A stretch of 64,000 nt of DNA from Acidobacteriota bacterium (GTDB lineage Bacteria; Acidobacteriota; CAIWXX01): contig JBFMAF010000040.1 in NCBI GenBank assembly GCA_040755995.1, positions 64,001-128,000 of the forward strand, in the 5' to 3' direction. A program made the translations under genes and the position numbers. The notes under the pieces are model-generated. The model saw nothing but the letters and a program-made list of their open reading frames with translations, was not told the DNA's origin and did no database searches. Numbering within the stretch: position 1 is the first letter of the stretch; each line of letters starts with the position of its first letter. Positions 27,662 through 37,421 of this stretch are shown here, one piece after another.

Positions 27662-27707
27662 CCTCTATCCTTCGATGGAGGCGAGACGATTGGCGACAGC
27701 CGATACT
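27662..27707 (+). promoter_or_regulatory. Regulon promoter copy 2
   Basis: CCTCTATC-cttc-GATGGAGG, 17 nt, GCCGATACT. Confidence 0.8.
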
Positions 27708-27814
27708 GGGGGTAGAGACACGGAACGATGATGAACCAAGCAAACAAACATGCTGGCTCGGGAGCGCGGGCGCTGCTCGCGCGCGTCTGTTGCCAGACGG
27801 GAGGAACACGACTT

Positions 27815-29485
27815 ATGAACAGGCAGAATGGGACACGATTGGTGATGGTAAGCATGCTGGTCACAGTGATCGGGTCGGCGCTGGCGTACGCCGGGTCGAG
27901 CTGGGCACGTGCGATCGGCGAGCCTGGGATCATTGAGGAGAGCGCAGTCGGAGTCTGCCCCACAACTGACGGCGGGTATGTCTGCCTGGGATCTTGCATA
28001 GGCGGCGGGACCCCAATGGATTTGTTGGTATTCAAGCTGGACGCATCCGGCAATACGGCCTGGCAGAAGATACTCTCGGGCTCCGGCTATGAATATCCTT
28101 ACGGCATCAGTCGGACATCGGACGGCGGCTTCCTCTGTGCCGGCTGGAGTAGCTCACCCCCCGGTGCGCAGACTGACGCCTGGATTCTCAAGCTGGACTC
28201 CGCTGGAAACGTGGTTTGGCAGAGGATGTATGGGACAGGAAAGAGCAATGACTACATCACATCGGTGATTCAGGCACGTGACGGCGGCTTTTTCTTTGCG
28301 GGGTACACAGAGAACCGGTGGGCCACGGACAAGGACCTCTGGGTCGGCAGACTGAGCTCGACCGGCGACATGGTCTGGGAGAAGACCTGGGGTGGATCCT
28401 CGTACGAATACGGGGAGTCTGCCATTCAAATCCGTGCAGGGGACTACGTCGTGGCGGGCTGGACCAGGAGCTTTGGAGCAGGCTCGATTGACGGATTCGT
28501 GATCAGGTTCGCCGAGAGTGGCAGCATTGTCTGGCAGAAGACATACGGCGCCCCTGGAGACAACAAGCTGCAATGCATCACGGAGACGCACACCGGCGAC
28601 CTGGTCGCCTGTGGATCGACGTATCCAGCTGGGGCTACACCCGACGCATGGGTTCTGAAGTTGGATCTGGCAGGCAACATCATCTGGCAAAAGGCGTACT
28701 CCGGGCCTTCGTCGGACTACGCCTTTGCCCTCTCTGCAACCGCTGATGGCGGGCTGGGGCTGATCGGCACCACGCAATCCTACGGCGTGGGGCTGTATGA
28801 CTTCTGGGCGCTGAAGTTGAGCTCGGACGGCGCGATCATCTGGCAGAGGACATATGGCCTGCCAAACGACGAGCAAGCGCGCGGCGTCTGGCTCGATGAT
28901 GGCCCTGTGATGGCAGGCGAGAGCAGATGGCGAACCGGCAGCGTCACGCGCGACGCTTTCATCGTCAAGGCCGGCGCAGACGGCAGGATCGATTCCTCCT
29001 GTGGAGTCTCATCCTCCGCGGTCGTCAGCAGGTCCGCTGCAATACCCGCAGCCCAAGCCGCCGCAAGCCCCTCTGTATTCAGCGATGTATGGGTCGCAGG
29101 TTTCACCGTCTCCGACGGCTCCATTGCTAATACCCTGCTCTGCACCTCTCCCGATGGCTCGGACCTCACGGGATCCTTCTCGAGTGTGCGAGTGAGCGGG
29201 AACCGGCTGAATGCCACCTTCCGATGCGGCAACGCCGGAACGGCGGGGGCTGGCGCGTTCACTGTGCAGTTCTACCTCTCCAAGACGGCGCGCCCCGGAT
29301 CGAGGGCCATGCCGATCAGGACCTGGACAGTACCTTCGCTCGCAGCGCGAGCAGACGTGCTCACACGCCTGCGAACCTCCAAGTCGAATGCCGACCAGTA
29401 TCTCGTGGCCGTCATCGACAAGGCAGACACAGTGCACGAATACGACGAGAGCGACAACACGATCGCATACAAATTGCCAAGGTGA
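27815..29485 (+). CDS. Secreted beta-propeller protein with C-terminal CARDB-like domain
   Basis: Signal peptide; repeats T.DGG...G......D.W..KLD..GN..WQK.YG; tail FTVQFYLS...YLVAVIDKADTVHEYDESDN. GGAGG RBS before ATG 27815. Confidence 0.85.
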   Translation: MNRQNGTRLVMVSMLVTVIGSALAYAGSSWARAIGEPGIIEESAVGVCPTTDGGYVCLGSCIGGGTPMDLLVFKLDASGNTAWQKILSGSGYEYPYGISRTSDGGFLCAGWSSSPPGAQTDAWILKLDSAGNVVWQRMYGTGKSNDYITSVIQARDGGFFFAGYTENRWATDKDLWVGRLSSTGDMVWEKTWGGSSYEYGESAIQIRAGDYVVAGWTRSFGAGSIDGFVIRFAESGSIVWQKTYGAPGDNKLQCITETHTGDLVACGSTYPAGATPDAWVLKLDLAGNIIWQKAYSGPSSDYAFALSATADGGLGLIGTTQSYGVGLYDFWALKLSSDGAIIWQRTYGLPNDEQARGVWLDDGPVMAGESRWRTGSVTRDAFIVKAGADGRIDSSCGVSSSAVVSRSAAIPAAQAAASPSVFSDVWVAGFTVSDGSIANTLLCTSPDGSDLTGSFSSVRVSGNRLNATFRCGNAGTAGAGAFTVQFYLSKTARPGSRAMPIRTWTVPSLAARADVLTRLRTSKSNADQYLVAVIDKADTVHEYDESDNTIAYKLPR

Positions 29486-29729
29486 CCGACACGCCGCGTA
29501 TCCGGCTCCGCATGGCATGCTGTCCGGCGGGGCCGGAGCGACCGCGGCGAGCAGCCCCCCCGAACCTGTCGCAACATGGAGGCATGACAGTGACACCTTT
29601 CGGCTTGTGCGTGGTAGCCGGCCGGAGCGGCGGATGGCTTCCCGGGCTCCCTTTTCGGGGCGGGGCACGATTGGAACCAGTGGGTTTCGGAGATCACAAT
29701 CCCCGCACCGGTCATTTCCCCGGTGAAGA

Positions 29730-30233
29730 ATGTTGCGGACCTGCGCACTGCAGCCACGTTGCAGAGTTTCGCGAACATACGCGCTTGCATCCCCTGGACG
29801 GGGCATGGCGCCTGTATTCGACCGTGCAGATGAAGAAGCCGCGGCCATGGGCTGGAGCCTGATGGGCAATCTCGTGTCCGGTGTTTCACCAAAGACCCTC
29901 ATGCGGGTATACTCTCGCCCTGCCGGCCCCGCGGCCCTCGTCATGTACTTCACCCCCTTTGGACCCGCCGGAAGGGATCTCTTCACGGCTTTCGAGGATG
30001 GATTTTCACTGACGTCGACCACGACGCTCGGCTTCCAGGAAGACGACCCGGGGAAGAAGATCCTGCGGCGGCGTGTTCGCGATGCGGCACTCGATCGCCT
30101 TCATGCGATTCATGAAGAAGGTGTCCAAATGCATGAAGTAGTCAACTCCACCCGCGCCTCCCCAACGCCCAGATCGCTCGATGCTCGCGCGCGGGTCATC
30201 GATGCCTTTCTAGACAGATCCGGGCCGGTCTGA
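29730..30233 (+). CDS. Hypothetical protein, possibly a 5'-truncated fragment
   Basis: Protein-like composition in the 3' two-thirds (DLFTAFEDGFSLTSTT...LHAIHEEGV); no clear start or RBS. Confidence 0.35.
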   Translation: MLRTCALQPRCRVSRTYALASPGRGMAPVFDRADEEAAAMGWSLMGNLVSGVSPKTLMRVYSRPAGPAALVMYFTPFGPAGRDLFTAFEDGFSLTSTTTLGFQEDDPGKKILRRRVRDAALDRLHAIHEEGVQMHEVVNSTRASPTPRSLDARARVIDAFLDRSGPV

Positions 30234-30313
30234 GGTGACCGACTTCACTCCGGTCCGGCACTGCTTGCCGCGACGGTGACACTCATTCACGTCGATCCCA
30301 TGGCCTCCGGCAC

Positions 30314-30363
30314 CCTCTATCCATCTTTCGATAGAGGCGGGAGAGCTCGTCTGCGCCGATACT
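30314..30363 (+). promoter_or_regulatory. Regulon promoter copy 3
   Basis: CCTCTATC-catctttc-GATAGAGG (or TATCCATC-tttc-GATAGAGG), 17 nt, GCCGATACT. Confidence 0.8.
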
Positions 30364-30536
30364 GATTGGTAGGAGCACAGAACGATGACAGGACGGCGAA
30401 TAGGAGATCAGCCGCGTGGAAGCAGGTCCAGATGCCGCGCTGATCGAGAGGGGGTGATGCAGGGAAGACAAGTGTGCCGGATTGTGATCTCACGGTAGAG
30501 AAGCAACATCGGACAACTGAAGAAAGGAGTCACAGA

Positions 30537-31094
30537 ATGAAACCGAGGACGATGCTCACTGTCCTGATTGGAGTCTCGATGGCGCTCGCGATACCCGCCA
30601 CCGCCCTCGCACAGCTCGGCCCGTACTGGACCCACATCGGCGCTGCGTGTGTGGTCGACGAGTTGGATGTCAATGACTATGAAGTGGCATACGAGGAGAT
30701 CTACTTCAAAGCGGGGGTGACGGGTTCGATTCAGGCCCGCTGTAATGTCACGAACCCTGATGATCAGGGAGACAACCCTGTATGGGACCGGCTTGGTGTC
30801 ACGTTCAAGGATCCGGACGCAACCGGAACGGGCGCGCGCATACAGGCTGTCCTGAAGAAGGTGACACGATCAACAGGAACCTCATCTACTGTTGCGACCT
30901 TTGACAGCAACAGGTTTGCGGGAACCGGATGGCAGTTCCAGGCGACGGGTGTTTCGCACACCTGGGACTTCTGGAATTACTACTACTACGTCGACATCGT
31001 TCTGTCCCGAACCAGCAGCTCGCTGGACGTGCGACTCAGCGGTGTGATGTTGTACAAGCTCTTCGGAGCCTCGACACCAGACGAGCAACAATAG
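30537..31094 (+). CDS. Secreted beta-rich hypothetical protein
   Basis: AAGGAG RBS; signal peptide MKPRTMLTVLIGVSMALAIPATALA; two cysteines; aromatic-rich beta strands. Confidence 0.8.
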   Translation: MKPRTMLTVLIGVSMALAIPATALAQLGPYWTHIGAACVVDELDVNDYEVAYEEIYFKAGVTGSIQARCNVTNPDDQGDNPVWDRLGVTFKDPDATGTGARIQAVLKKVTRSTGTSSTVATFDSNRFAGTGWQFQATGVSHTWDFWNYYYYVDIVLSRTSSSLDVRLSGVMLYKLFGASTPDEQQ

Positions 31095-31313
31095 CACCAA
31101 CGGTATCAACTCGGCGATGCCGGCACCCTCGGCTGCAACCGCGCCGAGGGCGTCCGGCTTCGTCGCTTTCAGAAGCCATAGCAACTCGCCGTGTTCCGTA
31201 ACAACCCCTGGTGAAGGCGTGCCGAGCTCGCCGGTCGATCCGCTCACGGCGGATGAGCACGCAGCATCCTCCCGGCTGTGATCCACCTCACACTTCGCAT
31301 CCCTGCTGCTCCA

Positions 31314-31359
31314 TCTCTATCGTTCGATAGAGGCAGCAGCACGCAGGATGGCCGATACT
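31314..31359 (+). promoter_or_regulatory. Regulon promoter copy 4
   Basis: TCTCTATC-gttc-GATAGAGG, 17 nt, GCCGATACT. Confidence 0.8.
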
Positions 31360-31421
31360 CCAGGCAGGAGTTCAGAAAGATGAACGCGCATCGCATGAGA
31401 TCAACCAGAGGAGGAATCGTC

Positions 31422-34406
31422 ATGTTTCATAGAGACGCGAAACTCAATATCGAAGCTCGGTCGTGCGCCAGTCTGGCTTTGTTCACCCTACTTGTCCTGA
31501 TGTCACCGGTGGGGACCCTGGCCAGCCAAGATGCGATGGAGTCAACGGAGGCTGCCAGAGTGGCGGCTCGGCAGGCGGTCCTGGATGTGCCCTTCATCGC
31601 CAATCTGGGGCAGGCCGATGAAGCCGTGGCTTATTACGCCCAGACGCACGCGGGGACGGTTTTCGTCACGCGCCGCGGCGAGCTCGTCTATGCTCTGCGC
31701 CCGGCTGGCGAGCGCACGGATGCTCAGGCAGGGCGAGACGGAGATCCGGCGCAGACGGGTTGGACCCTCGTCGAGATGATGGTCGGCGGCGATCCGCGCC
31801 CGACGGCGGGCGAAGCCTCCGAGACGCGAGTCAGTGTCTTCATCGGCGACGATCCGGCGAAATGGAAGAGCGACATACCGGCGTTCCAGACCGTGCGCTT
31901 CGGCGAGGTCTGGCCCGGCGTTGAAGCCGAGGTGCGTGCGCATGGGAAGAGCGTGGAGAAGCTTTTCAAGGTCAATCCCGGCGCCGCTGCCGAGTCGATC
32001 CGGGTCCGCATCAACGGTCACACAAGGCTCAGCATGGCCGAGGACGGGTCGATGATCGTGGGCACCGGATTGGGCGAAGCGCGCTTGAGCGCGCCTGTGG
32101 CGTGGCAAGAGTCCGAAGGCCGGCGCAGGGTGATCAAAGTCGCATACAGACTGGAGGAGGATGGCAGCTATGGGTTCGCCGTCGGAGACCATGACGCCAC
32201 GCTGCCCGTTTTCATCGATCCGATCCTGCAGTCGACCTACCTGGGCGGCAACGGCACTGACCAGATCAGGGCGATAGCGACGAGTTCCGCTGGTGACATC
32301 CTGGTCGCAGGTATGACGAACTCGACAGACTTCCCAGGTGTCTCGTTGGGCGGCGCGCAGCCGGTGAAAAGCGGGAGCTATGACGCCTTCGTGGCGCTTC
32401 TCAACCCGGGGCTGACTTCAGTCATCCGATCGACGTATCTTGGTGGCTCGGGATCCGATGAAGGACACGCCTTGGTTGTTTCAGGCTATGGCGTCTACCT
32501 GGCGGGCGAAACTAGCTCGTCCAATTTCCCGGGTGCAGCCGTGGGCGGGGACGGCGTCTTCGGGGGCAGCGACGAGGGGTTCATCGCCCAGTTTGACGAT
32601 TCGCTCACGACGCTCCGGCGTTCCACCTACATCGGCGGATCCGGGTCAGACGTCGTCTACGGCATAGCTGCCTACCCCACGGACAGCTCCACGGGCAACA
32701 TCGTGGTCGTCGGGAAAACTACGTCGAGGGATCTGCCGGAGAGCTCCCTCGGCGCTCGAAGCGGATACCAGGGTGGCATGTCCGATGGATTCGTCGCCAA
32801 GTTCACCCCCGAGCTGGGGATGCTCCTGGTCTCGACCTATTTCGGAGGCGACCACGATGACGAATGCCGGGGAGTCACGCTCAATCTCCTGAATGGATCG
32901 CCATACCAATACCAGGTCTATGTCGTGGGCAGCACAAGCTCCTTCAACATGCCCGCGCGTGGAGGCTTCCGACCGAGGAAGGTCAATGCCTGGGAGGGCT
33001 ATGCAGCCAGGCTTTCCAACTCCCTCGGCGTCTGGGAACAGGGGACCTACCTGGGCGGGGACACGGGCAGAGCCATCCTGATCCGCTTCGCCTCGGGCGG
33101 CAGCGTGTATGTGGCTGGCGGCGGTGGCGGGGTGCCTGGAACAGCGGGTGGGCCCATGCCGGTTGGTGGGTCAGGTTTCGTTGAGCTCCTCGACCTGTCA
33201 CTGACATCACTCATCCGGGCCACGTACATCGGCGGGAGTGGAGGAGCCACCGCATGCTCGCTTGCTTACCAGCAGGGCACGGACTCGATCTATGTGGGCG
33301 GCACCATTCTCTCCGACGACCTGCCCGGCGCTGAGACTGGAGCCCAACCGCACCATGCATCTGCCAATGAGGGCCAATTCCCGGACGGGTTCATCACCCG
33401 GTTCAACACCAGTTTGACCTCATACCCATGGGCGACTTACATCGGGGGCCGCTTCGCAGAGTCCGACTGCGTCGTTCTGCAAGCCAACGATTCCGTGTAT
33501 CTGGCGGGCACCACGATGTCGGACGACATCCCAAGCACCGCCGGGGGCGCTCAGCCGACGCATTCCCCCCATGAATCTCAGGGGTTCATCTCGCGTGTCT
33601 CGTTGGCTCTGACCGGATGCCCGGCACCGGTGTTCACCGTGCAGCCTCTGTCTCAGACCGTTGCGCTGGGCACTCCTGCGATATTGACCGCCGCGGTAAG
33701 CAGCGACACGCCTGTCTCATACCAGTGGTACGCGGGCGGCCCAGGGTACTGCAATTCGCCGGTCGGGGGCAATTCGCCCACCTTTTCCACGCCACCATCG
33801 TATGCGATCGCAACGTACTTTGTGCGGGTGAGAAACGCATGTGGATTCACCGACAGCCTGCCCGCTGTCATCACCGTCGCCGGGGGGCCCGGCGTGTCTC
33901 CCTGGATCGTGACTCAGCCGGCGAGCCGGAAGGTCGCGAGCGGAGGATCGGCCACTCTCTCGGTCGCAGCTGGAGGCACGGCCCCGCTCAGATATCAGTG
34001 GTACCGCAGGTCGGGCAGCCTTTTCGTTCCGGTGGGCACGAATTCCAGCACCTACACTACCGCGGCGCTGACATCTACCGGCGAGTACTGGGTGCGTGTG
34101 AGCAACGACAGTGGAACAGCAGCGAGCGCGGTGGCGACAATCACGATCCCGTCACCACCGACTATCGATGCAATCACACCGTCGACCGCGAGGCCTGGGG
34201 TCGCCGTTAGAATCACCAGCAGAGGCCATACGATTGACAGGGGCTTGCTGAACGTCTACTTCGGCGACGTGAGAGCACCAATCCAGGGGATCTCTAGAAC
34301 CCAGATCACGGTGAATGTTCCCAGGGTGCCACCTGGCAGATATCAGGTATATCTGATCAGCGAGGGGCTGGAGTCCAACAAGAAGAGGATTCGCGTTGGT
34401 CGATGA
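31422..34406 (+). CDS. Large secreted surface protein: SBBP-type propeller repeats, two Ig-like domains, IPT/TIG-like tail
   Basis: PFIANLGQ N-terminal domain, IDP...STYLGG repeats, AG.T.S.DFP, ITQP...YQWY Ig repeats, PTIDAITPS; GAGGAGG RBS. Confidence 0.85.
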   Translation: MFHRDAKLNIEARSCASLALFTLLVLMSPVGTLASQDAMESTEAARVAARQAVLDVPFIANLGQADEAVAYYAQTHAGTVFVTRRGELVYALRPAGERTDAQAGRDGDPAQTGWTLVEMMVGGDPRPTAGEASETRVSVFIGDDPAKWKSDIPAFQTVRFGEVWPGVEAEVRAHGKSVEKLFKVNPGAAAESIRVRINGHTRLSMAEDGSMIVGTGLGEARLSAPVAWQESEGRRRVIKVAYRLEEDGSYGFAVGDHDATLPVFIDPILQSTYLGGNGTDQIRAIATSSAGDILVAGMTNSTDFPGVSLGGAQPVKSGSYDAFVALLNPGLTSVIRSTYLGGSGSDEGHALVVSGYGVYLAGETSSSNFPGAAVGGDGVFGGSDEGFIAQFDDSLTTLRRSTYIGGSGSDVVYGIAAYPTDSSTGNIVVVGKTTSRDLPESSLGARSGYQGGMSDGFVAKFTPELGMLLVSTYFGGDHDDECRGVTLNLLNGSPYQYQVYVVGSTSSFNMPARGGFRPRKVNAWEGYAARLSNSLGVWEQGTYLGGDTGRAILIRFASGGSVYVAGGGGGVPGTAGGPMPVGGSGFVELLDLSLTSLIRATYIGGSGGATACSLAYQQGTDSIYVGGTILSDDLPGAETGAQPHHASANEGQFPDGFITRFNTSLTSYPWATYIGGRFAESDCVVLQANDSVYLAGTTMSDDIPSTAGGAQPTHSPHESQGFISRVSLALTGCPAPVFTVQPLSQTVALGTPAILTAAVSSDTPVSYQWYAGGPGYCNSPVGGNSPTFSTPPSYAIATYFVRVRNACGFTDSLPAVITVAGGPGVSPWIVTQPASRKVASGGSATLSVAAGGTAPLRYQWYRRSGSLFVPVGTNSSTYTTAALTSTGEYWVRVSNDSGTAASAVATITIPSPPTIDAITPSTARPGVAVRITSRGHTIDRGLLNVYFGDVRAPIQGISRTQITVNVPRVPPGRYQVYLISEGLESNKKRIRVGR

Positions 34407-34550
34407 CGGGGGGCGTCGAGCGCAGGGCTGGCACGTGCCGACCGCGTCGGAAGGTCGGCGCGTCACCCGGCCCTGTCCGGCGGCGGCGTTCGCGAAGCTC
34501 TACTGACGGAGGAGGATCAATCATATGGGAGCGCGCAGGAGCGGCAGACC

Positions 34551-35048
34551 ATGTGGCGGCTGACTAGATGGGTCCTGTTAGGCCCGCTGCCTTTCGTCGT
34601 GCTTGGCGCGATCTTCATCCTGCTGGGATGGCGGGCGCACCCGGCCGATCTGACTGACGACGGCTATTCGCTGAAATGGTTCTGGTATGTCATGGGATCG
34701 TGGTTCATCGGTCTGACGCTGGTTGTGTTCGGGGGGATCTACATCTGGGCGGCACGCTCGGGGAACAGGCTGAGAAGGATACGTGAGAGAGGCAGGCGCG
34801 GCCTGGCTACCGTGCTCGAGGCCGAGGCCACGGGCGGCATGTTCAACAACCTGCCGCAGGTGGAGATGCAGCTGCAGGTCTACATCGATGGCATGCAGAG
34901 CTATACCCTGACGCACCGGGAATACATGGACCTGTTGAACCTTGCCGCTTTGCGGAAAGGAGCTCAGGTCGCAGTGCTCGTGGATCCAAGCGATCCGCGA
35001 GAGGTTCAGATTGACTGGGCAAACTCGACCGACTCGCCTCAGGTCTAG
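34551..35048 (+). CDS. Two-TM membrane protein with a DUF3592-like C-terminal beta domain
   Basis: Two hydrophobic helices, then GLATVLEAEATG...NNLPQV...GAQVAVLVDPSDP. Confidence 0.7.
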   Translation: MWRLTRWVLLGPLPFVVLGAIFILLGWRAHPADLTDDGYSLKWFWYVMGSWFIGLTLVVFGGIYIWAARSGNRLRRIRERGRRGLATVLEAEATGGMFNNLPQVEMQLQVYIDGMQSYTLTHREYMDLLNLAALRKGAQVAVLVDPSDPREVQIDWANSTDSPQV

Positions 35049-35153
35049 GATAGTCCAGTCTTCCCTGTTCAGTCACCCCTCAAGCACCGTCGCGCCGGCC
35101 TGGACCCACCGGCGCCGCCTCTCGATCGGCGCAGGTGTGGTCGCCTTGACCCG

Positions 35154-35852
35154 TCAGTCCAGGCTGATGACGCCTCGCTGGAGCGCCACGGTCACCGCCT
35201 GCGTTCGATCTCGCACGCTCATCTTGCCGAGGATGTTGACGACGTGTGTCTTGACCGTACCCTCGGTGATCGAGAGCAGTTGCCCGATCTCTTTGTTAGT
35301 GAATCCCCTGGCGATGAGCTGGAGCACCTCCAGCTCGCGCGCCGTCAGCTCCGCTGCTGTCCTGCCGCGATCCGGCTGGAGGGGTTCCGGCAGCTCGCGG
35401 AGTCCCATGTGCACTGCCCGGATAGAGCCGACGACCTTCTCTCTGCCGGCGTCCTTGAACAGATAGCCTGCCGCGCCGAGCGCGACTGCTCTCCGAATCT
35501 CCTCGTCTCCATCGCGAACCGAAAGGACCACTATTCGCGCGTGCGGAAACTCGCGCCGAATGAGGTCGATCGCCGTCCAGCCGTCCATGCCGGGCATGCT
35601 GAGATCCATCAAGACGACGTCGGGCAGATGGGCCCGATACATCCGGATCGCCTGTTCGCCCGTGGAAGCCTGCGCCACCACCTGCATGTCGCCCACCTCC
35701 TGGATCGTGGCAACGATACCTGCCCTCACCATCGGGTGGTCGTCTACGACGAGGAGACGGATGCGGCCGGTACCCGATTCGGCGCCGGGGTCCGCAGCAG
35801 GTCTCTCGCCCTCCGTCCATCCAGCTTGTTGGTCCTCGTGGTCACGGCACAT
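35154..35852 (-). CDS. Orphan NarL/LuxR family response regulator, paralog of 20769-21410
   Basis: LLVVDDHPMVRAG, DLSMP, LTARELEVLQLIARGFTNKEI...EGTVKTHV; AAGGAGG RBS before ATG 35852. Confidence 0.93.
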   Translation of the reverse strand: MCRDHEDQQAGWTEGERPAADPGAESGTGRIRLLVVDDHPMVRAGIVATIQEVGDMQVVAQASTGEQAIRMYRAHLPDVVLMDLSMPGMDGWTAIDLIRREFPHARIVVLSVRDGDEEIRRAVALGAAGYLFKDAGREKVVGSIRAVHMGLRELPEPLQPDRGRTAAELTARELEVLQLIARGFTNKEIGQLLSITEGTVKTHVVNILGKMSVRDRTQAVTVALQRGVISLD

Positions 35853-35931
35853 CGTACTCTCCTCCTTCAGGGCATGCTCGCGTTGGCGGCCCGCGAGGGC
35901 GGCTCCGTGGTCGTTCTCCATCCCTGGCTTC

Positions 35932-35977
35932 AATATCGACCGCCGAGCTGAGTTTCACCTCTATCCTACGATAGAGG
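35932..35977 (-). promoter_or_regulatory. Regulon promoter copy 5, perfect palindrome, upstream of the response regulator itself
   Basis: Minus strand: CCTCTATC-gtag-GATAGAGG, 17 nt, GTCGATATT. Confidence 0.8.
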
Positions 35978-36244
35978 CGGGGGTGCTCAGCAGGCTGATG
36001 AGGACGAGTTCACGCGCCATCCTCCGCGGCGTCTCAACTGCGAAAGGAGGAGGATGCGTGCCCGGTTTGCGCCGCGGCGCAAGCTGCTCGTCGGCGAGCA
36101 GGGCATGACGCCACTCATACACCAGTCCGTGCCCTCGCCGCGGGGCAGGGCGTTAGCGGTGCCCGAGGGGACAGGCCGGCCGCAGATGTCGAATCGGGTC
36201 CACAGGCGTTCAGGCGGTGGGCAACAACCCGGGCACCGCGCCGA

Positions 36245-37420
36245 CTAGCGGCCCCGGCGCAGCTTCTCCAGGGCTGCCTCGATGAAGCCGCTGCCGGCCT
36301 CGAGAATGACGACTTCGTTGATCTCGATGATGATCGCGTCGCGCGAGAAGACATGCTTCTCCCAGTCGAGCTTCTGGCGATCTATCTTCCAGAGCACGTT
36401 GCCGGGGTAGCTGTGGGCGCTGCTGAAGTAGTAGAACAGGTCGCGATCGCGGTACCAGCGGTACAGATCGAAGTAGTGCACGATCAGATAGGCGAAGCTC
36501 GTTCCTTCGATCAGGATGCTCGGTCTGTAACGGCCGGAGTGCGGCCCGCGGTCGCGGGGACGGGGTTTCGGAGGATAGGGCAATCTCTCGTAGAACACCT
36601 CGGGGAACCAGACGTTGGCCAGGCCGGCCAGATCCTCGTCAGGCGGCTCGGGGATAGACTTGTAGACGGAGGGCGTGAGGCGAAGAACACCCAGCTTCTG
36701 GCCGAGCATCTTCTGCAGCCGAACGCTGATCTCACGACCGACGATAGCGCCCGCGTATGAGCTCCAGTGCGTGCCGCACCGCGGGAACACCGGGTACTCC
36801 CCCTTCTTCTTCTCCTTTCGAAAGTACCTGGGAGCGTCGAAGAAACTGATACCACGTTTCTCCAGGAGCGGGACGGCATGATTGTAGACGCTCAGCGTGC
36901 GGTCCACACCCGGGCGAACGTACCGCTCGGGCAGATACTCCGGATACATCTGTGCCTTGCTGGGGCTGATGACGAGCATGAACTGGATGCCTCGATCGTG
37001 TAGCCGCCTCTGGAACTCGGACAGCTTGTCGACGAAGGCTTCGATTGCCTCGGCGCTCGGGTAGTTGGTCGAGTTGTAGGAGGCGATGTAGTTCCACTCG
37101 TAGAGGTAGTTGTTCTTGCCGAGAATGATGCGTGTGCCTGCGCTCTGCGGGAGCTCCCGGAACAGACTGCAATTGATCTGGTTGTCGGTCCTGACGAAGA
37201 GCCCGCGGAATCCCAGGTTCGCCACAAACCACTTCTCGAGCTCCGTCTGCCACGCCCCATTCCAGATCTTGCTCAGCGACGAGTGAGGCCTCTCGACAGC
37301 CTGCTCGACGCCGGTGAGAGTCACCGTTGGCAACAGAGGCCACAGCATCTGAAGTCCGGGCATGAGCAGCGCCGCGGCGAACACGACGAGCGCCAGCGCT
37401 TGAAGACCTCGGATGAGCAT
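36245..37420 (-). CDS. AlgX/AlgJ-like SGNH-family O-acetyltransferase
   Basis: N-terminal membrane anchor, ILGKNNYLY, ISPSKAQMYPEYLP, GTHWS, GTSF; directly downstream of the MBOAT gene. Confidence 0.85.
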   Translation of the reverse strand: MLIRGLQALALVVFAAALLMPGLQMLWPLLPTVTLTGVEQAVERPHSSLSKIWNGAWQTELEKWFVANLGFRGLFVRTDNQINCSLFRELPQSAGTRIILGKNNYLYEWNYIASYNSTNYPSAEAIEAFVDKLSEFQRRLHDRGIQFMLVISPSKAQMYPEYLPERYVRPGVDRTLSVYNHAVPLLEKRGISFFDAPRYFRKEKKKGEYPVFPRCGTHWSSYAGAIVGREISVRLQKMLGQKLGVLRLTPSVYKSIPEPPDEDLAGLANVWFPEVFYERLPYPPKPRPRDRGPHSGRYRPSILIEGTSFAYLIVHYFDLYRWYRDRDLFYYFSSAHSYPGNVLWKIDRQKLDWEKHVFSRDAIIIEINEVVILEAGSGFIEAALEKLRRGR

Positions 37421-37421
37421 C

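Noticed and set aside
27502..35977. The recurring palindrome as a CRISPR repeat or REP/IS end
   Set aside because: Copies are mostly kilobases apart, have no spacer periodicity, no cas or transposase gene is present, and each is oriented to a gene start with a fixed downstream -10-like element.
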